Assembly: GCF_003704095.1 (NCBI RefSeq)
Contig: NW_020846532.1
Span: forward strand, 186,001 to 250,000
Reading direction: 5' to 3'
Origin: Pocillopora damicornis
Lineage: Eukaryota
Length of the DNA: 64,000 nucleotides
Part shown: in pieces, positions 53,705-63,413 of the stretch
Position numbering within the stretch: position 1 is the stretch's first letter
How the letters are laid out: every line of letters begins with the position of its first letter
Translations under genes and position numbers: made by a program
The notes under the pieces: generated by a model
The model's input: only the letters and a program-made list of their open reading frames with translations
What the model was told of the DNA's origin: nothing
The model's database searches: none

Positions 53705-55161
53705 ATTCATGATGGGGGTGTTTATTAAAATTTTCTACTCCTGGAAAATTTTATGATCACCGCATTGAACAATGTTTGTTTGCTGAATCCCCGCCAGAAC
53801 TTTTTTCAACTAAAAGCCGACAAGCAAAAAGAAAAATGATCTCATGACTGCTAATCAGAGCAACTCAAACTGATAGGGATCAAAAGAAACTAATGAATTC
53901 ATGTAGGGGCGGACTAACACGAGTGTCTAAGTCGAGGGTGGTTTTAGTCACGTTAATTACACGTTAAATCGGTTGAAAAGGAGGGGCGGTTTCCAGATCA
54001 ATCACGAAGCGAAGCAATCCTTTCTAACATCTAACACGAGAATAGACATGCTCCATGATCCACTGAGTCGTGCGCAGTCCGTCAGTATTGTTCAGTGGTC
54101 AGCAGACAACTTCGCAATAACTTCCAGTTCAGGCTTTCAATGCGGATAGTTCTAAAATAAAGAGCAAATTTAAAGGTAACCGCTAAATTTTCACTCAAAC
54201 TCGCAGGTAACCGCTTAATTTTCACCCAAACTTGAAGGTAACCACTGAAAATCCACCCACAACTCACCTCCAAGGCAACTAAAGACAGTTGGTTCCGGTA
54301 TGGGCATACGCACGAACCTGCAATGCTGGAATTTACCACGCAAATAGTAGGTTACCTACGAGAGCTAACGGACCCAAAAAGCTCGAAAAATAAGAACCTT
54401 AATCTGCTGCTTGCACTTTCAATTATCATGCATACTTAGGCGTAAATGCTCAACAACCTGAGAGAAATGCATGGAAAAGTCGAAATCATCTGTAAACACC
54501 AAAGAAAGCCTTGAGGCTAAGTTGCATTTTGACTGACATTAATTTGCAAGGGCAATCCTTCACATTCCAAGATGAGAAAATAAGTAAAAAAAGTTTAATC
54601 AATTTTAGACTGAATGTCTGGTCTGATTGTCTAGTGAAGACGAGAAAACGCTGCTACCAATCTCTCTACATTATTACTAAAACTGCGCGCGATGATAGCT
54701 TATGAGACAACTTTTTACGTATAAAACAACCTCCACCATTTGCTACTCTACAATAATCACTACACTATACTTGATGACGAGGTACAAATTTGCTTGGTAC
54801 ACAGACCTTTGTGAAAAATGCTTTGCCTTTAAATAGTACAGGGTGACGCAGAAATCTTTCACAAAATGGTATGTAAACAGAATACCTCAATCAAATAAAC
54901 TTTGCAGTCGAAAAGTCTTCAGTTGTCCTTTGGTATTTTTCTAAGAACGATTCAATTTTTCCGCATATATTGAATAACAGCAATCTTCCGTTCCTAATGT
55001 TTTCCTTTTAAATCATACGCGGGAAATTGGTGTAAAGACTGACAAAAAATAATCCAATTACACATGACCGACTTTGACCACTGCGGTCACTTTTTCTGAG
55101 CACTGATTTTTCCCAATATGAAGGAGAGAAAGCACTTCATGGACTGAAAAAACACACGTTT

Positions 55162-58100
55162 CTAGGCCTCTTCCTGTTGTTTCTGCCTGTAATACTCTCT
55201 TGGCGAACACCTTCGCGTTTCAACCACACGTATGTCATTCAATCTAGAAAAATCGGCATGGTAGAAGCCTTTCTCGCTGAATTGAGACTTCTCCAGAGTG
55301 TTACAGAAGTCATAGCCCCACAAGATCTCACTGCTGAGGTAAGAAGACTTAGGCTGCGTGTTCAGCCCGGTCGCTTCAACCACTCCATCCAGTACTACCA
55401 CAACTTCGAAATCTGAGCGCTGGAGCATTTGAGGTGTGACGTCATAAAAGGGACTGTTCTCGTCAATTATGTGGATGACTACTAGAGGCAAGAGTAAAAA
55501 CAGTTTATTCCTGAAGTCGTTGTCAGGGTCACGCCAATCGTAGCACACTTTAAGATCCTCTTGGTGAAACGGGATTTCTTTTCCTTCTTTAGTAGTGTGA
55601 GTTCTGAATAGCTGCATTCGGACAGATGCGTCAACAATTTGACTCTTTCTCACGTCTCCAATTCGAAGCATCAGACACATTTTTCCATCTCTCGGGGCTA
55701 TAACAGCATACTCCGAGAACATAACAGTCTTCCCCCGCTCTCGTGGTCTCGAGAGCTTGGCAAATGTCAGTCCTAGCATGAACGCGTCTATAAGTAATCC
55801 CACAAGGGTCTGAAGTTGCAGGACTATGACTGCCTCAGGGCATTTTGTTGTGATTGCTTTCTGCCCATAACCAATTGTTTCTTGAGTTTCAACAGAGAAA
55901 AGATAAGCAGCTGTAAAGCTTCTAACCTGTAAGAAGAAATTAAGCTTAGAGTTTTTGAAAACATTTAAAAATTTACTCTACTTTTTTCATACGGTAAGTC
56001 TCTATTCACTAATACCACCTTTTAACCCATTAACTTTCATAAGTGACCAAGAAAGACTTTCTCCTTACAATATCAATACAATATCAAGCAGAAAAGTGAT
56101 GAGAATAAAGAAAAAGATCAATTTGGGGATAATTAGTTGACCCAAAACTAACTTCTCTGAACAAACATTATAAGAATTGTATGATTGACAATAAGGAGAA
56201 GTACAAATTTGATCTGGGAGTTAAAGGGTTAACCACTTAGAGACACTGTTCTTGAGTATATAAACAATATAAGAAAAAGAGAATTCAAATAAACTGTATG
56301 AAAGGGAGTAAATTTGGTGAAATAATAAAGAAAATGTTTCTTCTTCTGGTCACAACTGTGGAACAAAGAAAAACCTACGACTCCCCGTGAAGGATGAGCC
56401 CCAGACCTCCAGATTCTGCTCCCCTGTGCTTTACTACTGAGCCACAGAGAACTATGTGAGTTACTAAGCCGTTGTGAGGGTTATAAGTGATACACATCTT
56501 GCATACACTACTGCTATGATTGGCGATTTTGAAAGCTTTGCGAACATAAGTAAGAATAAAAAAAAGGTGGTAATTTGATTAAAATCCCAATTGACAGCAG
56601 AGGAGTTAATTCCTGTGCTTTAAAGGAAAAAATCAGATTGAGTGTCCAGTTGAAGATTTAATCATAGAGGCTGTGAAATTCTGATCCAGCTCCCTTTAGA
56701 ATAAATTCATGATTACATACATCTCAGGCAATCACCATCATTTGGCCAAGTAACATTTTTCATATAAAAATAATTTTAAAATATGCCCATAACTGAGTTT
56801 TTCTAAACATATCTTGGACAATAGATATCTAAGGTGCAACACAGATACTGAGATCTTTGAAAGAAACAACAGTAAAAGCACCCCTTGAGTCGAGTACTTT
56901 CCAGGACAGTGCCTCTAATGTTTTTCATTCATTACCCTCTGCTGCAAGGAACTCTGTAGTTTTTGGTGATATTAAAACTAAAGTGAGGAAGTATCTTATA
57001 AATAGGGTAAATGTACGTTTGATTTCTTGATTTGTATATACTGTATTCTGGATTACTTAATTTTTTATTTATTTATTTTAAACAAATAAATAATTATTTA
57101 CTTTTTAATATTAACGTAAATTTTTATAAATGAAGAGCCACCTTTCAGTGGAAATACTGTAATAAAGTTATTATTATTATTATTATTATTATTAGAAATT
57201 CAAAGATTTAAGCCATGCAATTTTAATCCAGCTCCAAAAACCACAATCACAACTTTTCCTCAAACAATTTGTCAACTATTTATGATAACAAATTATAATA
57301 ACCATCATAATAATTATTGCGTAACCAACTTATTTTGAACACATGCTGAAAAATTATTAAAACCTAATAATTTGCTGGCTTTCTTTCTTTTGCACCATTA
57401 TCATAACAAAGGAGAGACACTCTAGAAAAAAGGTTCAAAAATTGTTGGAAAAGTTTCTTCCTCTTCCATTCCTATTTGTTGCAGAAATTGTCCATGAAAA
57501 ATTCCAAAGAAGAATGGGAGTGCAAGAAAATTTTTTTTGGCAGAAAACAAATTGACCTGGAATCTGAGGTAGGTAGGTCTTTATAATTAACTGCTGTCAA
57601 CATAAGTTTAGAATATTCGCCTTTTTGTACAGTTTTTTTAGACTGAGTGCAGTAAAACAAGAACCAAAGCACTCATAATAGCCCATCAGAACTGAGGAAA
57701 TATAACATGGCACCCATCAAAACTTGAAGTAAAAACAAGCAAACACCTAAAGCGTGGGGAAGAAAAAAATGACAGAATTGCACTTGGCTGAAGCTTTGAA
57801 TCTGATTGGTTGATAGAAGGGCACAAATTTCTTGGACCATTCACAGGGCACACAGCATTCACAGCAATCCCAATCCCAAATTACTCATGACCTCAATTGC
57901 CTAAGATAAAACTAGCAATGCCTGTTCAATGATTTTGATAACTTGGTTATTGTCCTTGAGAGGTTGGCTTGCTGCTTTGGTGATTAAATACTTAAAACTA
58001 TGAATGAGTAGCAGAGTAACTTGGGACAAGAACATTCCACTCAATTTTGGTGAAGTTAGGAAAAGCTCTAAACCCACTGAAAACTGGCTTGAGACTTTTG

Positions 58101-58811
58101 CTGTGATAGGTAAAGGCAGTTGGTAGTTTTAAAAGAAAAAGCCCCATAAAAATAGCATGGCAGAAAATAACTTACAGAACTTGTTTGAAATCGATACTTA
58201 AGCCCACCCCTTCTTCGACAGAAGAGCCTCCTGTCCAACCCAATCCCCCTCCCCCCTCTCCCCTCCCGTTGTCAAAAAAATAACACAAAGCGATGGATAT
58301 AACCATGTTCTTCATGTTATTATTGTGACTGTCATGGGTGACTAGATCTAACGGAAAACTTGAACAATTGTGCTTAACATACCTTCTCAATGCAGATTGT
58401 TGAGCCCCTCACATACGCTATCAGCCACCAAATGAAACCAAAAACAACCCATGAGATGATGTAGCTGGATATAAATATAAATATGACCCATTTCCAGCGC
58501 AAATCTATCATAGTCGTAAATATGTCTGCAAGATAAAGTCTTGTTTTACGAGGAACATTCTTTGCAAGAACTTTCAGCTCACCAGACTTGTTGACTAAAC
58601 GGCGTTTGTCGGTATCCAGCAAAATTTTGCCTTTAGTTTCACCGCGAGGCGAAGCGGAGTTGATCGACAAGGCAGATGTAGGAACGCCAATGTGTTCTTC
58701 GAGCACAGCTCGAGTTCCGACGTTAACTGTAGTTGTGGGCTCTGTTTCCTCGTCTCGATCACTTTGGAAGCTGTCATTCACAAGATATTCTTTTGATATG
58801 CCAGGATCCAT
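55162..58811 (-). CDS. Inward-rectifier potassium channel (Kir/KCNJ family), 2 coding exons, ~397 aa
   Basis: Exons 58811-58383 and 55926-55162 (phase-0 GT-AG intron). DIFTTMIDLRWKW, pore YLFSVETQETIGYGQK, CPE, GLLIDAFMLG, FEVVVVLDGVVEATG, EILWGY. Confidence 0.96.
56022..56232. mobile_element. piggyBac-type MITE in the Kir intron
   Basis: TTAACCC ... GGGAGTTAAAGGGTTAA; close match to 6123-6332. Confidence 0.82.
57030..57193 (+). repeat. AT-rich tail ending AATAAA + (ATT)n; probable LINE 3' end
   Basis: GTAATAAAGTTATTATTATT... at 57159-57193. Confidence 0.45.
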
Positions 58812-59016
58812 GTCTTGTTTGGAGGTGACCCTTCACATAAAAACCTTGTGTACACTAGGAAGTAAAATGTTGCGTACGACTGGAACAAGTTTATTTTCCG
58901 TGTGGAGAGAGGGCATGGGTCGAGTGAATTGATCATCTGCATAAAAAGTGTAAGTTCCGCGAATTTTAATTTTTTACGACATTAAGGATCAAACACTTTC
59001 AAATATGGAAATTAAG

Positions 59017-59553
59017 AACGCGGTCTAGTTAAACGCGAAGTAGTTAAACACGGACTAGTTAAACGCAGACTAGCAAAATGCGGACCAGTTGAACGCGGAA
59101 TAGTTCGACGCAGAATTATAAAATGTGGACCAGTTGAACGCGAAGTAGTTAAACACGGACTGGTTAAACGTGGACTAGTTTAACGCGAACTAGTGAAACG
59201 TGGACTAGTCTAACGCGGACTATTGAAACGCGGACTGACTAAACACGAACTAGTTATATGCGGACTAGTTAAACGCAGACTAGTTAATCGTGGCCCTATT
59301 AAACGCACACTTGTTAAAAGCGGACTAGTTAAACGCGGACTGGTAAGATGAGGACTAGTAAAACACGGACTAGTATAATGCGGACTAGTAAAGTGTGGAC
59401 TAGTTTAACGCGGACCAGTTAAACGCAAACTAATTAAACACGGACTAGTTAAATGTGGACTAGTAAAATGTGGACTGGTTAAACACGGACTAGTAAAATG
59501 TGGACTGGTTAAACGCGGACTGATTAAATGCGGACAAGTAAAATGTGGACTAG
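59017..59553 (+). repeat. 15-bp minisatellite, consensus GGACTAGTTAAACGC, ~36 units
   Basis: Directly visible periodicity. Confidence 0.95.
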
Positions 59554-61074
59554 TGTTAAATGATAAAATTACAAATATAGTTAATCTACAATATCGTAAG
59601 GGTTTCCTGTATTGGTGACGGAAAGAAAAGGAATGGAAAAATTATAAAATTTTTAGTCATTTAATGTAAGTTATAAAAAGGGCAGGTTGATTACTTCGTA
59701 CTCCTTCTTGATGGTCTTATCTTAAAGGTTGAGTTTGATCACGTTCTTCTTGTGAGTTTGGCCACGTTCTCCTAGTGAGTTTAATCACGTTTTCTTCGTT
59801 GTGATCGTGAGGTTGACATGGAACTCGTGATAAGCCATGTTCTTAAATAAGTTAATTTGTTAGTCCAGGCTGGTGGTTTTGCGATTTTGCTTTGATTTCC
59901 TGGCTTTTCTTTTGGTAGCCTGGTTTCTCCTGGTTTTTCTTTGAGTTCTCTCTAATTTTCGTTCAGTTTTCTCTAATGGCAAACAAAATGAAAACGTCTA
60001 TATGCCACGCGCACGTCGAGGTTCTTGCCCTCTAAAACGTTCGTACTGGAACTGTAAGTTTTAAAGAAGCACTTGTGGGAAAGAGCGCGGGCAGCGAGGA
60101 GGTTGTTGATAAGCCCGAGGTCCTCCACCAGCTTGTTAGAAGTAAATTCTCTAACACTCGTTGTTGGTTTGGTTGATTCTTCTTTAATTTCTTTTCTTCT
60201 CAAGTTGATACAACGGGGACTAGCTTCAATATCCAGGGAAAACTAGCGTCTCCGCTTATAAAGGTGACACTGCGGATGACATTTCTAAGCCGTCAATCTT
60301 CTTGTGTCGTCATCGTACCATCTCAACTAGCGAATCACGCTTGACTACGTATTATAGTTCCCACATACTGAGTATGCACCTTAGGGTTGTTTACGCAGTT
60401 ACAAAATCAATTTCTACCTTTATTTTCATATCTTTACGGTTGAGATCGGTCAGAACAGAAACGAGATCGACAATATAAAAATTGCAAATAACCTTAGTTC
60501 AGAGTATTATTTATACCTGAAAGGGTATCTTAAGAGAAAATCACCTTTAAAGATTGTTACATAACAACATCTTGGTCACAAGAGTTAAAGAAGAAAGGCG
60601 TTCACAAGTACCGCCCCCAAATTTGCTTTCGGTTGCGGAACATGAAGGGTATCACCTGTTTACACCTTAAATTACCTCTGGGAACAAGAGGGTGTCGAAC
60701 GCGACCTATTACCAGGGAGATTTACTCTTCCTGGACTAACAAATTAACTTATTTAAGAACATGGCTTATCATGTGTTCCATGTCAACCTCACGATCACAA
60801 CGAAGAAAACGTGATTAAACTCACTAGGAGAACGTGGCCAAACTCACAAGAAGAACGTGATCAAACTCAACCTTTAAGATAAGACCATCAAGAAGGAGTA
60901 CGAAGTAATCAACCTGCCCTTTTTATAACTTACATTAAATGACTTAAAATAATATAATATTTCCATTCCTTTTCTTTCCGACACTATATAGATTAACTAT
61001 ATTTGTAATTTTATCATTTAACACTAGTCCACATTTTACTTGTCCGCATTTAACCAGTCCGCGTTTAACCAGTC
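59504..61074. repeat. Long inverted repeat: arms 59504-59869 and 60730-61074, ~860-bp spacer
   Basis: Arms are near-identical reverse complements apart from a ~22-bp indel and a few substitutions. Confidence 0.95.
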
Positions 61075-61368
61075 AAAAGTAAAGTGTGGACTAGTAAAGT
61101 TTGGACTGGTTAAACATGGACCATTTAAACGTAAACTAGTTAAACGCGGACTAGTTAAACGCAAACTAGTTACACGCGGACTAGTAAAATGTGGACTAGT
61201 TAAACACGGACTTGTTAAATGCGGACTAGTAAAACTGGGAGGACTAGTTAACCACGGACCAGTTGAACGCAAACTACTTAAATGCGGACTAGTTAAACTT
61301 GGACTGGTTAAACGCGGACTAGTTAAACGCAGCCTACTTAAACGCAGACTAATTTAACGCGGACTTGC
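61023..61368. repeat. Same 15-bp minisatellite: ~3.5 inverted units (61023-61074), then ~19 direct units
   Basis: Directly visible; produces the KxGLV / TSPxL repeat ORFs in the track. Confidence 0.93.
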
Positions 61369-61719
61369 AAAATAAGGATAAAAGATAGCGTTTGTGGTCT
61401 ATCGTCTTTGTTTTCTGAATATAAAGGCAAACAACAACAACAAAAATACCTGCATCAGGGACTCTGCAGCTTACTGACGTTCTTTTGCTACTGGAAAATC
61501 AAAATTACTTCGTTATGGTTCTTTGCCCCAAAATACATGATTTAACTAAAGATAGCGAAAACGAAACTTTTTAACTGATCAACCTAAACCAAAGATATTT
61601 TGCGGTCTCTGTCCTCCATTGAAGGAAGAGTCAGTAAGTATCGAAGGCGTGACTTTGCACTAGCGTGATGAAAGGTAGGTTATTTGACACGTGATAGGGC
61701 AAATATCAAGGCTCTGCAG

Positions 61720-62130
61720 TTACGCTCGATTCGTGCTTTGGGTTAGCAGAATCAGGCAGGGTGCGTATTTATACGAGTTACTTCTTGTGCCTTCAAGGTC
61801 AATGAACCAGTTGGCCCAGCTGCACTTAAGACTCTTCCCAAAGTGAACCACATCTGGCAAGACAGCAGCAAGGGACAGTTCTGCAGGCAAGGTCTCATTC
61901 TTTGCACTAGAATTCAGTGCCAACAAGGCCTTCTTATAACATTCCTCGCAACCAGTTACAATAGCCATGACAAGGAATCTGTTGCACTTTAAGCCCTCTG
62001 CGAGACAGGTGTTACAAGCTCTAAAAGAAGGTATGTGCGAGGTGTGGTCCTTTTCCATGCAATTTGCGCACACAGACTTAATTGCTAAACAGTCATTACA
62101 GCTAATTAAACATGGAGATTTACAAGACAA
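61720..62130 (-). pseudogene. Degenerate Cys-rich ORF fragment, possibly a P-element-like DDE transposase remnant
   Basis: Several CxxC pairs, then hydrophobic strand-TGCEECYK and LPDVVHFGKSLK (DxxHxxK). No ATG start; apparent frameshift after GTRSN. Confidence 0.4.
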
Positions 62131-62636
62131 CTCCTTTAGACCAAGGAACTAAATAGGTTACTTTTTCAGCGCCAGTACGGTGTTTACATCATTGATAGGA
62201 ATGCGGCTTCTGTGACGCTCAAATGCCGTTGCCGAATCAATTCGATAAAAGCTTACAGCTGCTTTTGAAATACCAGTATTGACAACCATCGCGTAAGTTG
62301 ACGATCGAGTTAGGTTTCAAAGATCATATAACGGTGACATATGACCTTGATGTGGATGGTTCATGCGTCCATTACTAACGAAATATGACACTCTCGCGTA
62401 CTCCTACTGGTATGTGATAAAAAACGTACTTTTACTGGACAAAGTAAATCAACTGTCCTTATTTTACATCCAGTTTTAAGGATATTTAGGGTGATCCGGT
62501 CATTTGTCAACTGTCAGTAAAAGCCCACCACAAATGTTAGTTGTCGGTTAAAATTTTGGCCATTTTTCAGATGTCAGTTAACCCCATCCAGACCCTCTTA
62601 TATCAATCACCTCAATATTGCATTTAAAGGAGAGAA

Positions 62637-62736
62637 NNNNNNNNNNNNNNNNNNNNNNNNNNNNNNNNNNNNNNNNNNNNNNNNNNNNNNNNNNNNNNNN
62701 NNNNNNNNNNNNNNNNNNNNNNNNNNNNNNNNNNNN
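62637..62736. other. Assembly gap (100 N)
   Basis: Run of N. Confidence 1.
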
Positions 62737-62750
62737 ATCTTGATAGTGAT

Positions 62751-63413
62751 GTGTCACCAATGAGGATTACTTCTCCGCTAGTCACCGCCGCTATTAATGG
62801 CTGCCTAGATTCTGTGAAGGAGATTCTCGTACGGACTGAAGCAAACATCGAAGCTCGTGGAACACTTACAATTGAAGGCGAAATTGTCGAGTTTTGTTCA
62901 CCGTTGTTCGCCGCTGCTGCTGGAGGCCATCTTGATGTTGTAAAACTGCTGATCGAACGCGATGCAGACGTTAACGCCAGAACAAAGACGATTAAACTCT
63001 ATGACTATTGCGATGATCGAACTCCTCTGATGATGGCATGTCATGGTGGCTACCTGGATGTCGCTTCTTATCTCATTGAACATGGTGCAGATATAGATCT
63101 ACAAGACTCAATTCAAGACACTTGTCTTCACTATGCTGCTAGAATGGGACACGTTGAGATAGTTGACAAACTTCTTTCTGTAGGTGCGGAACAAAGACAA
63201 AATGATATTGGTGTGAGGCCACTATTCGAAAGCTGTGTTCATTGTAGAATTGAAGTGGTGGAGTATTATATCAAAAGACCGGACTGTTCAAAGGAGCAAA
63301 GAATTGATGCTCTGGAACTTCTGGGTGCCTGCATTGCTAGGGATGATGTTGCTTATGACACTGAAAAAGCATTAACTTTCATGGAACGTGGGATGGATGA
63401 GAGGTTTGTTTGA
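62751..63413 (+). CDS. FEM1-like ankyrin-repeat protein, partial (5' end at an assembly gap, 3' end truncated or spliced); possible pseudogene
   Basis: Ankyrin repeats (SPLFAAAAGGHLDVVKLL, TPLMMACHGGYLDV, TCLHYAARMGHVEIV) followed by the FEM1 signature RIDALELLGA...M..RF. Confidence 0.8.
   Translation: MSPMRITSPLVTAAINGCLDSVKEILVRTEANIEARGTLTIEGEIVEFCSPLFAAAAGGHLDVVKLLIERDADVNARTKTIKLYDYCDDRTPLMMACHGGYLDVASYLIEHGADIDLQDSIQDTCLHYAARMGHVEIVDKLLSVGAEQRQNDIGVRPLFESCVHCRIEVVEYYIKRPDCSKEQRIDALELLGACIARDDVAYDTEKALTFMERGMDERFV

Noticed and set aside
59017-59553. 15-bp array as a CRISPR array
   Set aside because: Units are head-to-tail with no unique spacers, no cas genes are present, and the context is eukaryotic.
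59973-60203. 76-aa ORF in the fold-back spacer as cargo or transposase
   Set aside because: TTG start, short, and no motif I can recognise.
61036-61357. ORFs with KxGLV / TSPxL pentapeptide repeats
   Set aside because: These are translations of the 15-bp minisatellite. Substitutions show no evident codon-position bias and the plus ORF starts at TTG.
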